Positions 38,131 to 52,000 of a stretch of DNA of 64,000 nt are shown here, piece after piece. Origin of the DNA: Azolla caroliniana (lineage: Eukaryota; Plantae; Polypodiophyta); assembly GCA_043228905.1 (NCBI GenBank), contig JBHGNT010000002.1, positions 15,872,001 to 15,936,000 of the forward strand. The letters run 5' to 3'. The number at the start of each line of letters is the position of its first letter. Positions within the stretch are counted from its first letter, which is position 1. The position numbers and the translations under genes are program-made. The notes beneath the pieces are model-generated. The model did not search any database. It was not told the origin of the DNA and saw nothing but the letters and a program-made list of their open reading frames with translations.

Positions 38131-40374
38131 TATCTTTCCCATTTTTAGTAGACCTGTAGTAGTACTTGTGAATCTTTCCAAAACTCCACACATGATTGAT
38201 ATATCTTACAATGCTATATTCTTAGGAATCCATAGACATCTTCCTCGAGCCCCCATGTTATGATTAGAGAGAGAGAGAGAGAGAGAGACTAGGAGTTTGA
38301 GAGAAGTCTAGATTCCTTCGCAATTGTGATTGTACACTCACATTTGTTGAAGCATAATGTTGTCCATATATAGTGCCCAAAGCCATGCGGGTTTAAAGAG
38401 AAGGATTGGCCCTTTGAAGTTGGTGCATGTTAACAAATATGTCCTAATTAGGGGTACCATCTAGTAGTACCACAAGATACCTGACACTTTGATTCAAATG
38501 GTTTACTATAGAACCTGAAGACATCTTGCATGAATTGAGTTTGATTATGACTCATGAGTTAGAAGCCTTTAACACATCGGGCATGTTGATATGAAACCAC
38601 AAACAATAAGACTTAGGGGCTTGACAAGACTCGAGATGTGAATGCAAAGTGATGGTAACCAACATATTTCAACGTTCCAACAACCTTCATAACAAATCTT
38701 ATTGGGGACTATATATCGCTCATTCAAGAGTCAACTCAAATTACCTTCTTGGGTGGTCACTCTTTGAAGAGTGTGGTGGGAACATCATTTTGTAGATTTG
38801 AATTTTGAATATCAATTGACAATGTAGTGAGTTTTGGAAATGGTTAAAAGATAAATGTAAAGGTTGTAGAATGGAAGGTAGCTTCGGAAAATGTGGTATT
38901 AAAAGTTGTTGAATAAGTTGTATTCTATATTAAAACAACACGTCAAGCTCCAACTTACAAGCAAACATTTTAAGGGAAATGGTTGAATATGGTTAACAAT
39001 AATCACAAATATTCTCATCACCCATAAGCCCATAGAAGTGAGGATGGGCAAATATTTCATGAACCAAGGTTCGCTAATCTTGAAAACTTAATGTAAGGCA
39101 ATATAAATTGTAGAAGTATATTGATAACAAATTAAAATAGGTAAAGTTAGAAATTTTGGTATACATGTTGAATTATTTTGAAAACTCCTTGCTCATGTGG
39201 GAAATTCCTTTTAGGTTTCGAAGTATCATGTCTAAGAGCTAGGATAGGGTACATTTCTATTGTGGATGCAAAGACTGTTTTACTACTTATCCTTAAGTGA
39301 ATATTGTAAAAAAACCCTTGGATATGGAGTAATATTGATTTATTCCTCTTATGTTTTATAACTTAAAACTACCTTTAATCTACTACTATTTCCGAGATAA
39401 AATGGAAACAAAACTATGAAATATGCACGTTATTGAAGGGAGATTTGTTCAATTAAGGCAACCTCATTACATTTTCACGCATGATCGAACTAATTAATGA
39501 GGTAATCTTAATTATATGCTTTACATAAGTCATTTTCCTTTTTAGCTTTAATAACTTGGAGTTCCCACCTTAATGACACACATTGATCCTCCTCTTTTTT
39601 TACTTAAAATTAAGGTCTAGATGAAATAAAAGAGTCCCTTAGTCTTTGTACGGTTTTGTCTACTCACCGTTTTCACTATATGCAAAATAGGAGGGCCTAT
39701 TATTGATGTTCTCAATTATACGAGAGGGGTATTTGTGATATTTTCCTATCATCAATAATGGCTCATTTTCTTTTGCCATTTATTCTCCATAACATGTGCA
39801 CATACACAAAACACTTGAATGCTTTGTTAGTAAAATACACAATGTGGATAGCTTCAACTACACGAATCTTATATTGTATATTATAATAGAGTCTCTTCTT
39901 GATAAATGGAAAAGCAAATGCAATATCATAGATGAGAAATAGCAATTTCTAGTGGTTTGAATTGATGAAAAAGATTGTGAAGGCAATATGTTTTTTAGTC
40001 CTACATAAACTTTACAATCAACGTCGGTCCTTTTTACTATACATTAAGGTTTGAACCTCATGACATATGGATTCATTCAGTAGAAATTAATTTCGTTCTA
40101 AGATCAATATTGTTGTAACGAGTAAAAAAAATCACTTTGCTTTGGGGGTTTTATGCAAAGATAGTAGGCTTCTTGGCAATGCACTATCATGAACGTCGGC
40201 CCTTTCTATCAATAGTGTTTGAAATTCCAAACCTTTTGCATGTTTTCTTATCAACATATACTAAGGGACAAATGTAACTTTAGATGTAGTATAGGAATAT
40301 GGGGTGGACATAGAAGCAGGCGGGGAGCTTTTTTTTCCAAATAAAACTCTTTCCATTAGTTATAAACTTTTAAG

Positions 40375-41482
40375 GTTGGTGACCGAGTATGGTTGCTTCG
40401 TCATCACATCAAGACTACCCGACCATGTGCGAAGCTCGATTATCAGCGCTTAGGACCTTTTCTCATCACAACGCGGATTAATGATGCAACATTTCGTCTT
40501 AATGTTCCAGCACACATGCGGCTTCACCCAATCTTTCATAGCTCTCTTTTGGAACCTTGTCGCACATCTTCCATTGTTTTGGAACTTGCTGATGGCCCCA
40601 AATATGAGGTAGCTACTATTCCCGATTCTAAGATTGTGCGCAATAAGCTCTATTATTTGGTTGATTGGGTAGGCTATCCTCCAAGTGATTGCACGTGGGA
40701 ACCCATCAATAATGTTTCTAATGCTCAAGCTCTTGTCGATGACTTCCATCATCGTTATCCAAACAAATCGAGCCCTACATTGTTAACACCAATTTCCACT
40801 CGTCGTTCTCGAAGGGGAGATAGTGTCATGATTACATAAACATCATGGCTTTACCTGGGCTTCAACCCAAGACCTTGCAATACATAATCAAGAACCCAAC
40901 CATTAAGGTAACATGTGGTCATATAAAATTATTATAAAAGTTACTTTTTTTAATATACTGATTATTGTAAATACTCTAGAACATCTTAGAATATTCTAGG
41001 TGTAGAACATTCTAGAACATTATAGAAATCTCTAGGCTATTCCATAGGAACCTATAAATATAGACATACAATTCTTCTCAAACCAATTCAAATCAACACC
41101 AATCTTAAGCTCTCATCACCTACATTGTATCCATTCTCATTCTATCTTAATACATTCATTCTTCTCTTATCATTTCCTTCTTCTTTTCTTGTGATCTCTT
41201 TATATCTTTCTCCCGTCATTCCATCTTTTCTCTTAGTTCTGACAACTATTTGGTTCTTTTGAGAAGAATTGTATGTCTATAAATATAGACATACAATTCT
41301 TCTCAAACCAATTCAAATCAACACCAATCTTAAGCTCTCATCACCTACATTTTATCCATTCTCATTCTATCTTAATACATTCATTCTTCTCTTATCATTT
41401 CCTTCTTCTTTTCTTGTGATCTCTTTATATCTTTCTCCCATCATTCCATCTTTTCTCTTAGTTCTGACAACTATCTGGTTCT
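40375..41482 (+). mobile_element. Tcn1-like chromovirus 3' fragment: integrase end, chromodomain, PPT, 3' LTR and a duplicated LTR end
   Basis: ORF 40393-40839: GPF motif and YEV...YYLVDWVGY...TWEP chromodomain; PPT 40811-40823; LTR 40824-41244; partial copy 41277-41482. Confidence 0.88.
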
Positions 41483-41489
41483 ACCAACT

Positions 41490-41750
41490 CTAATTTCGCA
41501 CAAGCATCATAATTGCTTCTTCCTACCCAAATAAAGTTTTGAACCAATTGTTGAACCTGCAACAAACAGGATCTAGAGAACAAACATGTGGATGTGATAT
41601 ACCACATAGATGAAAGAAGAACCTGATTAGCTATCATAACTCTACCTGCTAAACAAAACTCTGTAATGTCCCAAATTAGCAACTTTTTCCTAAACGATAA
41701 CGATAGAGGAGCATTCGCTCCTTACGAAAATTTATACCAATTTGACAACC
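41490..41750 (-). mobile_element. L1/Tx1-like LINE ORF2 fragment
   Basis: LAGRVMIANQVLLSSMWY...RNFIW-type post-RT motif. Confidence 0.7.
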
Positions 41751-43457
41751 TAAACAATCCCTTATGCTTTACCTAGGTTCCAAATATTAAACACCACTCA
41801 TATCAAGAATAATAAAACCATTCTTATTAAATGAGAAATGACCAGTTCTACCCTTAGTAGAGAATGGTAATGCTATTTATGTTAATATAATGATGATTAG
41901 GTGCCAAAAGTTCTCGGTCGAAAATAATGTATGTGAATGAGGTGGATTGTGTCCCACATGTTGTCAATATGACAAATAAATATGATAAAACTTCATAATA
42001 CATGTTAATGGACACGGATGTCATAAACTTCACATGGTTTTTCTCTACTAGACTTGTTCACATAAGCATATTTATAAATTTTAAGACAAAACAATGATTT
42101 CTCATTGTAAAGGTAATACTCACAAAAAACGTAAATTTGTATATCTAAGTGCCAAGCACATTTCTTTTATGTGTGCTCTGATATGTACCATTCAATTTGG
42201 CATAATTCATATGCGCATATTAAGTCGATAGGCAGGCTTTGAAGATCTATGGGTGAATACATACATATATTTGGACATGATGATCTATTCGTATGTCAAT
42301 GTTAAGTGTTTGTGATATCCTATTGATCCAATATCCCCATCCCTTAGGCTAGTCAATGCAAGTTAAATAGTGTGTGCAATGTAGGAAATTTCCTTCATAG
42401 AGCCATTGATCTATATTTTATGGCCTTGACATTTTGCAAAATATTTGTTGATAGGGTCCAAACTCATTCCAAATACAATAACATTCATGAGGAACTTCGA
42501 TATGAATTTCTTACTTATGATACATTCTTGAGCTTCATTGTTTGTGACTTAACAATTGACAAGGATATGATATGAGAACAATGATTTCTTTCTAAAACCC
42601 ACTTCTCCTTGTAAAGTTGAATCTTACAAATATTAGATCATTTCTTTTTTATCAATACAGGGGATTTGCCGAGGTGAAGTAGATGGCACCTGCACGGATG
42701 AGTGCGAGGCTGAATGTTTTTGTTACAAGCTTATGGGGGCCACATGAAGGTCAGATGTAATCATAGGGTGTTGTTCTCACATAAAATGGGTGGTTGAATG
42801 AATTTCCTACAAGGAATATTGCATAACTTTCAGATTTGAATAGCCTTTGTAACATTATACATCAAGTCATCAAGGGTAAATGAGCTTGACCAATGAACAT
42901 CAACTCACAAAGACCAAAATGTAGTCACAATAAGCAAATAAGAGGGCTGGATTACGGCAAACCATTATTTAATTTTGGGAATTACACAACCCTACAAACA
43001 ATCCATATTGAGACCTATATGCCCTACTTCTCCATAGTGGTTCCTTGTGTGAGAGAGATTATAGCAACACATAATGCAAACATTAAAGATGTGAAATTAT
43101 AAGTTGAGTCGCATTTCGTGATCGAGGGAACCTCTCTAACTCGGACACTTTGTTTCTAGCACGAATAACCAACTCATATTTAAAGACGAACGATACCTTA
43201 CGGTGGGCTCGTTACATATAGATTGTCCTGGGCAGCGTTGTAATTTAGATAGTTGTATTGATTGGTCATGGAATGAACCCAACTAAGAGGAGAGGTGACT
43301 ATGATGTCTGCCCATGGATAATACCATTAGACATTAACATAATATACAAAGTTTAACAAGGAAAAGGTCAAGTTAAAAAGGAAATGTTCGTTGTTTTAAA
43401 TTTGATTTGAAAAGTTCACAAGCGTGTGATGTATGTATGTTTTGGAATATGAAACCT

Positions 43458-43464
43458 ATATAAA
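43458..43464 (+). promoter_or_regulatory. Probable TATA box of the PPO gene
   Basis: TATATAA about 180 bp upstream of ATG 43636, followed by a (TTCA)n-rich leader. Confidence 0.45.
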
Positions 43465-43635
43465 CAGACACAGGAAGAGAGCCCATTCACTTCATTTTAT
43501 TTCAATTCCTCCATTCATTCATTCATTCATTCATTCATTCATTCATTTCATTATAGCACACTCTCTTTAGTTGTAACTCTAATTCAAAAGGTAGTTAAGC
43601 TCTCATTCTGTCCCATTGTGACACCCAACCTTCCC

Positions 43636-43975
43636 ATGGCTCCCCATAACCTAGCTGTTGCTGCAGCATTCGGCTTCACACTCATCCTCAATGCAGCCGC
43701 GGCGGCCTACTTGGCGTCGGCGGATCCCCTCAAGGCCCCCGACCTCCGCCTCTACCAAAAGGTCGTCGCCACCGCACCCAACCCCGCCACCGACGACACC
43801 ACCATGATCCTCGATTGCTGCCTCCCCAATGATCGCCCCCTCCGCGACTTCTCCTGGGACGATTACCCCATCCAACAACAAAAGATCTGTCGCCCCGCCC
43901 ACAAAGCCGATGCGGATTACATCGCCAAGCTCAACCGTGCGTACAAGCTCATGAAGGCGCTCCCCGATGACGCCT
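43636..43975 (+). pseudogene. PPO: Polyphenol oxidase (catechol oxidase) 5' fragment with signal-peptide-like N-terminus, truncated before CuA
   Basis: DPLKAPDL...DCCLP...RPAHKADADYIAKLNRAYKLMKALPDD is the typical PPO N-terminus; GC-rich codons; frame runs into retroelement filler. Confidence 0.85.
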
Positions 43976-46900
43976 TCATGAGCTTGGATCCTAGATTAGT
44001 GCCAATTGGTCAACATGGAATGAAAACTTGCATCCTAGCATATAGTGGTGGTACTTTGTGATGCTATAGACCATCCCCAGGGCTTCTCTCTCTATTGTGG
44101 AGTAATTTCGTTCATCGTATCATATGACACCTCATTTATCTCAGTTTCGGCAATACTTGGACCGGCACTCCGATTCAGTTCGAGTCGGAAACTCGCAGCA
44201 CTATGTTATAATCGGAATCGGCACTGTAGAGCTCAACCTTTCGGGTGGTTCTACACTCGTACTACACAACGTCTGACACGTTCCTGATCTCTCAAGGCCC
44301 TTTATCTCAGTCGGACAGCTTGACGAAGCCAGCATCCGTGCCGGTTCTCATCAAGAGGGTGGACACTCCACAAAGGGAACCTCCTGCTTGCTCGAGGACC
44401 AAAGGTACATTCCTTGTACCCTTTATATGTCACACTCAAAGAGGGTGACTTTTTTTTGGTTGATATCCCCGTGTCATCGTTATGGCACGGACGACTTGGA
44501 CACCTCAGCAAGGCCGGCATAACGCACCTATCCAAAGCCGGTTACATCCCCAAACTCTCCTTCTCGGATCACTAATTCTGCGAGCATTGCCAATACGGCA
44601 AACAGGTAACCGCATCACACCCGACATCAGCACCAAGAGAATCGAGTCCCCTCAATTTGGTCCACTCGGACATTTGTGGCCCGATGCCACATCAGTCTCT
44701 TGGCGGTGCTTCGTACTTCGTCAGTTTTATTGACGACTCGACTCGAAAGGTGTGGGCTTACCCCATCAGATCCAATGATCATGTGTTCTCGATCTTCTCT
44801 GAATGGCTTGCAATGGTCGAAAATCAGACCGGTCGGAAACTGAAATGTCTCTAAACCGACAATGGAGGAGAGTTCAAGGCTAAAGAATTCGTTAAATTTT
44901 GTCGGGAACGCGGCCTTCGACGTGAATATACGGCACCATATAGTCAAGAGTAGAACGGAATTGCAGAACGCATGAATCAGACGATTCAAGAACACGTAGT
45001 ATCCATGCTCCAACACTCCGGACTATCGAATGGCTTCTGGGCGGAGCCCCTACTTATGGCAGTACACATCAAAAATATGTCGCCAAGTAGACCTCTAGGA
45101 CTTAAAATACCTCAGGAAACATGGACCAGCAATAAGCCGAAATATGACAAGCTGAGGATCTTCGGCTGCGAGGCGTATGCCCTCATACCGAAAGACAACC
45201 GTCGAAAACTCGAACCAAGATCAAGGAAATGTGTTTTCCTTGGATATGGACCCGACGGCGAGATCGGATACTGACTCTGCCCCGAGCACAGACAAACCGT
45301 CCGAAGTTCGGACGTCGTGTTCAACGAGTCAGCTATGCATAAAACGGTCGAAAGGCCTATTGAAGTCCGAAGGGTAATATTCTCCGAAGTGCCAACCCTT
45401 CATGAAGGCCCAGCACACAACACGAGATCGGTTTCACGGGTAACTGACACCTCCCGCACTGAATCCACTAATTTAGCACAACCAAGTGGCTCAGCTTCCG
45501 ACCATTCGACACCGATACCCAGTGCGACCAATCCAATCATACCTCGCAGATCTAGGACACTGTCGCAACCTCCGTAAAGGTACTCTCCCGGAATTTTCCT
45601 TACCGACGCTGCCAAACCGACGTCTTGCGAAGAAGCATCGGCATCTGTCGACTCATCCACCTGGCATCTGGCGATGGAGTCGGAAATGAACTCCATTCGT
45701 GCAAACAAGACTTGGGACTTCGACAAGAATATCGCGTCGACTTCGACGAAATCTTTTCACCAGTGGTGAAAATGACAACCCTTCATTTCATGCTCGGCGT
45801 CATGGCCGCCGACAACTTGGAGTTGATTCAGCTAGATGTAAAAACGGCATTCCTCCACGGTGACCTACAGGAGGAAATCTAAATGGAGCAGCCGAAAGGT
45901 TTTGTGGCAACCGGCCAAGAACATCTAGTCTGCCGACTCAAGAAGAGTCTCTACGGCCTAAAACAAGCACCCCGACAGTGGTACAAAAAGTTCCACGACT
46001 TCATCCAGTCGATCGGCTACTCCAAGAGCAATGAGGGACACTGTCTCTTCACCAAAATAGCTCAAGACGGGTCTCCCGTCTTCCTCATCATTTACGTGGA
46101 CGACATGCTCCTCTCCAGCCGACATGCTGGAGAGCTCACCAAACTCGTTCGGAAACTGCGGTTGAAGTTTGTCATGAAGGACCTCGGTCCGGCAAGACAC
46201 ATACTTGGTATGAAGATTAGTCGGCATCGCGATAAACGACAACTTTTCTTGTCTCAAACCGACTACATCGAACGTGTCTTGGAACGCTTCAACATGCACT
46301 CGGCCAAGTCTACTTCGACCACGCTCTCCATTAACCTTAGGCTGTCTCAGCGAGACTGCCCGACATCCGGTCCGGAGGGGGAAGATATGAAGTCGGTACC
46401 GTATGCACCGACAGTCGGCTCCCTTATGTACGCGATGGTCGCGACACGGCCTGATATTTCTCACACCGTAGGAGTCGTCAGCAGATTCATGCACAACCCA
46501 GGCGGATCGCACTGGAACGCAGTCAAGCATGTGTTCAGATATCTAGCTGGCACAAAAGACCACGGCATTCTTTTTGGCCCAAACTCAACCTCAGGCGTAT
46601 TCGGTTACACCGATTCGGACTTTGCCGACTTTGTGGACAGTCAGAAATCAACAACTAGATATTGTTTCAAATTCGGCAATGGAGCAATCTAGTGGAAATC
46701 GAAACTTTAGGAGTGCACAACCACCTCAACAACTAAAGCAGAATATGTAGCTGTGTCCGACGCGGCAAAAGAAGCTTTATGGCTCGATCGGCTGGCGCAC
46801 ACATTTCGACAAGTCGACCTCGACTCGGCTCCATTTGTCTACAGCGACAGTCAGGGTGTTGTTGCTTTGTCAAAAAGTCCGGTTCACCACACCCCCTCCA

Positions 46901-47445
46901 AGCATATCGACGTTCGATATCACTTTGTTCGAGACTGTGTCATTTCAGGGAAAATCGGTCTCGAGAAGATATCCACAACCGATAATGTCACAGATGGAAT
47001 GACCAAGTGACTTTCGGCAGATCGTTTCTGGTCCCTTCGGCACCAGATGGGCGTAACGAAAAATCAGTCTGGTTAAAGTCGGGCACATAGCACGGGATGG
47101 TTTCAGACAACAGACATCGGTTCTTTGAGGATCGGGCTTCAGCCTTCGGATCCTACCGACTCGAACAAAACCGATATGTTCGACAACCTTGTATATACCT
47201 GTAACCTTAGTATAACCCATGTATACGCCCATTACGGGGGAGTGTCGAATACAAGTGTATAATGGCCATATTCACACTGTCCCTTTGGACAGCCCAAGTC
47301 TGGGCTATTTCTGTAAATAGCACAAAGGGGAGTTGCCCTAGGATAGTCACTATATAAAGTAACTCTGAAACCTTTAGTAAAGGGTTGGTTGGTTGGTTGT
47401 CATTTGTAACTATTGCTATTAACAAAGAAAACGGTTTCTTTGTGC

Positions 47446-47493
<48 letters not shown>

Positions 47494-47573
47494 CTTGTTT
47501 TATTCTCATACACATGTCCTTCCAGATCACAGATGTTGTTTGTTCTTCCGCACTGACGACCTTGTCACCAACA

Positions 47574-48627
47574 AAAATTCCACCCGACTATAAAGGATTC
47601 TCTCTTCGAACACCTTCTTTAGGTTCGTCTGTTGTTCGATGTCCGAGGTGAGTTTGAATGCCAGAGTCATTTTTCATTTTCCTTTCCCTTCAAAATTCCA
47701 GCTCTCTGGCGTTTTCAATGGTCCAGCCACATCATCTGTGTCGTCAATTCTCATCTACATACACCTCATGTAGTTGACATCAGGCATATATGCTATTTTT
47801 ATCTACGGGGCACTCCCATCCTATAGCTTCTCGGATACCTTCCGCGGTGCTCCAGATTTCTTCAAAGTCAGTTTTCTCTGAGATATCTAGCACCTCCAGC
47901 CAGAAAGTCAACTTTGCTTTAGATGTCTCACCCACACATATTCCCGTGGTTGTCGCATAATTACTTTTTGTTGCTACCTCCTCCTCTAGGACCTTCTTCA
48001 TGCCGCCTTTCCAAAATTTTGGTCAGAGTGACTTCCGAGAATCCATCGAATGGATCTAATTTCCCTCATACTAGATGAGATCCCATCGTAGAGACTCCTT
48101 GTACTCATCGCAATCTTTCCAATCATGTTCAGTGTTGTCGTACCGTATGCATCAACGGTCCATATACTTGGAACTTGTGGGATGGTCTTCCAACTTCTTC
48201 ACCATCACGATTTTGAGATTCTCCATCTCCTTCAGCAACTGCTCCACCGTGGTTGCATTGATTCCCTTCTCGGTCGTAGTCTCCCTATTACCCGTATAGG
48301 TGTACGGGAGGGTTACGTGTAATGTGGAAGGTGGTGTGTAAGGTGTAATATGAAATGTGAATGTGTGAGTGTTAGGTGGGGTAAGTAGGTGTACCTACGT
48401 CCATTCAGCTTTTTGTAATGATTAGATCTTTTACTATATAAATCCCCACTCGTGGGGCATGAAGAAAGAGAAATATATTGACATTACCCCCTCATCTGTG
48501 TCTCGACTCTTCCTCTCTCTCTCATTCTTCTCACTCTTTGTGCATCTCTCTCTCCCCCCTCTTACATTCGAACCCCCTAGGGAGGGGGGTGGAGCCGATC
48601 ACCCATCAACACTTCGCACGCCCTACA
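47574..48627 (-). mobile_element. Gypsy gag and leader fragment, host of two copia insertions
   Basis: Degenerate gag-like frame ~48300-47574 that rejoins 27783; leader continues beyond 54051. Confidence 0.55.
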
Positions 48628-48965
48628 TGTTGGGATTACGGTCCCTCCGGATGGGATGGTCGGATGTCCGGGAATCGGGAATGAAGACCCGAATGAGGAG
48701 TACCCGGTATCGGAGCCGGATGATGAAGACCCCGGCTACGGAGCCGGATGATGAAGACCCCGGCTACGGAGCCGGATGACGGATGTACCCCGGAGAGAGA
48801 TCCGGATGCGGGGACATATTTGTGAATATGTTTGCCAAGGGCCCTCGTGGCTATATCTGTAAATAGCCCGAAAGTCATATGTGTATAAATATGACTTAGG
48901 GCAAACAGTTTTGTGGTTGTTACTCATTTTTCTGGTTTTCCACTTAGTGGGAGCTAAGTGAGCAG

Positions 48966-49030
<65 letters not shown>

Positions 49031-52000
49031 GAAGAGGTCGTTGCCTCTGTGTATTACCGCCGCCTGTGGCGAAGACAGTGAGCTCAAGGTTGTTGCCTTG
49101 TGGCTTCACCATTGTACATCTCTGTTTATAGTGATAGTTGGAGTTTGAGGACTCCCGTGGTTTTTCCCATTCAGGGTTTTCCACGTAAAACATCCTGTGT
49201 ACTCTTCTCTCTATTGTCTTCGTGCATTTTGTATTTCCTGTTTTCTGTGAGTTGATCCTATTCCTCGGTTGTGGCCGAGCACGGTGTTTAACAAACTGGT
49301 ATCAGAGCAACGGTAACACAGAAAATGGAAGGCGGCGGTAGTGGGCCTCCGGGCATGATGGTGTTGAACTCACAGAACTACGCCGACTGGAAGATAAAGA
49401 TGGAAGACCTTCTCATCGTCCGAGACCTGTACGAACCGATCGACAATGCCGAGATACCCAAGGGGGTAATAGAGTCGGAGTGGAAGCTCCTGAACCGGAA
49501 AGCCGTAGCGACGATCCGGCAATATGTCGATGTAAGTGTTCTGCAACATGTGGCGAACGATACGAACGCCTATGAGATGTGGCAGAAGCTGTCCGGACTG
49601 TATGAGAGGAAGAATGCTCTGACCCGGACCTCCCTGATGAGGAAGATAGTGAATCTTAAGTACCGGGACGGCGAGAGCATGGTCGAACACGTCAGCACGT
49701 TCATGGGATTCGTGAACCAGCTTGCGGCGATCAAGTTCCCGTTGGATGACGCAATGCAAGCCATCATGCTGATGTGTACCCTTCCGGAGAGCTGGGAGAA
49801 CTTGGTAGTTACTCTCAGCACCTCCTGTAAGGAAGAGAACTTGTCTTTACTTACGGTAAAGACAAGTATTCTAAATGAAGAAGCGCGTCGGAGAGATAAA
49901 GAACCGGCCTCCGACTCGAAGGCGCTGCTTACCGAATCGGAACGGGGAAGACAACGGAACCGGAGTCCGCAAAGACGGGAGAAGTCGGGGACACGGTCGC
50001 AGTCGAGGGGAAGACCTACATGCTTCTACTGTGGGAAGCCGGGGCACTTCCAGAAGAACTGTCGGCATTTCCGGAAAGACAACGGAACCGACGGTACCGA
50101 TTCGAAGAAGTCACCGGAGCGAAACGGTGCATACCGGGGAGCCACGGACCGGAGAGGTCCGGATCGGCGAGGGCAGGACCGGAAAGGAACGACGGCACTC
50201 GCGGCAAGTGAAGAAGAGATAATGCTCATTACCGAAGAGAGGGAGCTGAACCTTGCCGGTGAAGAGATGACCTGGGTGGTCGATTCCGGAGCATCGTTCC
50301 ACCTGACCCCGGAGAAGAAATACTTCTCATCCTACACAGCCGGTGAGCACGGCTGTGTCCGGATGGGAAATGAAGGTACATGCCGGATTGCCGGCATAGG
50401 AGACGTGTGGCTGATGACATCAACCGGATGCAAGATGCTGCTGAAGGATGTCTGACACGTTCCGGAGGTTCGATTGAACCTGATTTCGGCCGGGAGGCTA
50501 GACGATGAAGGCTACACGGGTAGCATCCGGAACGGTGTCATGAAGTTCAGCAAAGGGAGCCTGATAGTGGCTCGGGCCCGGAAGGTCAACACACTGTACC
50601 TGATGAATTCCCGGCTATGTCCGGAGGAGCTGAACGTGGCAGCTGACACTACCGGTGAGCTGTGGCACAAGAGACTGTGCCACATGAGCGAGAAGGGGAT
50701 GAAGAGGCTTGCCGAAGACAACCTGATACCGGTAAAGCACGTACACCTGGGGAAGTGTACCGACTGTCTGGCCGGTAAGCAAAACCGGACCTCCTTCCGC
50801 TCAAGACCACCGATGAGACGTAGTGTACCATTGGAGTTGGTCCACACCGATGTTTGTCAGGTAGAAACGAAGTCACATGGCGGAGCCCAGTACTTCGTAA
50901 CATTCATAGATGACCATAGCCGGAAGCTGTGGACGGCACCGTTGAAGACAAAGGACCAAGTATTGTCCGTCTTCTAAGAACTCCACGCGAGAGTGGAAAG
51001 AGAATCCGGCAAGAAGCTGAAAGCACTATGAGCGGATAACGGAGGAGAATACCGAGGGCAATTCGAGGAGTACTGTCGCTCGAAGGGAATCCGGCTCGAG
51101 TTTACTGTGCCGAAGACGCCGGAACTGAACGGGCTGGCCGAGAGGATGAACCGGACCATAATGGAGAGGGTCCGGAGTATGCTGGCGCATGCGAAATTAC
51201 CCAAGGGGTTTTGGGCTGAGGCAATGTCGACGGCGACTTACGTGATAAACAGATCACCCTCAGTACCTTTGGACGGAGACACGCCGCAGAGAGTGTGGAC
51301 CGGTAGGGAAGTATCCTACCGGCATCTGAAGGTGTTCGGGTGTCTCGTATATGTGCATGTGGCAAAGGACCGGAGAGGAAAGCTAGATCCAAAGACCCGG
51401 CCATGCATATTCCTCGGTTACGGCGATGACGAGTTCGGCTACCGAGTATGGGACCCGGTCGACAAAAAGATATTCCGGAGTCGCGATATCATCTTCATGG
51501 AGGACAAGACACTCGTCGACTGGGAGTCGGAGAAGAAGATGAAGAGCTCCAAGTCGACCGGTGAGGATCAACTCTACGAGGAGCAGTCCAGACCGGCAAG
51601 GGACCGGTTAGCACTCGAGGATCCGGCCGAAGACGGTGAAGAAACAGAACCGGCCGAGGAAGATGAAACTGATACCGGAACCGGCCCCGATCCCAAAATG
51701 GATTCGGATGAAGAGGAAACGGAGGAGCCGGTTACCGAAGCTCCGGAACGGAGATATCCTCTAAGAGAGAGAAGGGCCCCCCGGAGATTTCCGGAACCAG
51801 AGCACATGCTGCTGACTGACGAGGGGGAGCCGGAGAGTTTTGAAGAAGCAAAGCTTGACACCCATAGCCGCAGGTGGTTAAGTGCCATGCAGGAGGAGAT
51901 GGATTCCCTGCATGAGAACCACACATATGAACTTGTGGAGTTGCCGAAAGGAAAGCGGGCACTTCGAAAAAAGTGGGTGTTCAAGCTGAAACCGGGAGAT

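Larger units (their letters stand above)
27784..47573 (+). mobile_element. Ty1/copia element, family A, split into a 5' part (27784-28991) and a 3' part (44113-47573) by ~15 kb of other DNA
   Basis: 5' LTR 27784-28134, PBS 28137-28148, gag ATG 28714; pol resumes at the protease (44113) through RT/RNase H; PPT 47236-47242; 3' LTR 47243-47573; TSD AAAAT on both sides. Confidence 0.85.

Noticed and set aside
38130-40375. Possible MITE/MULE remnants in the AT-rich stretch
   Set aside because: Could not pair TIRs or find a TSD by eye
43618-44061. Intact 147-aa gene
   Set aside because: Chimeric: the PPO N-terminus runs into antisense gypsy filler and has no copper-binding domains
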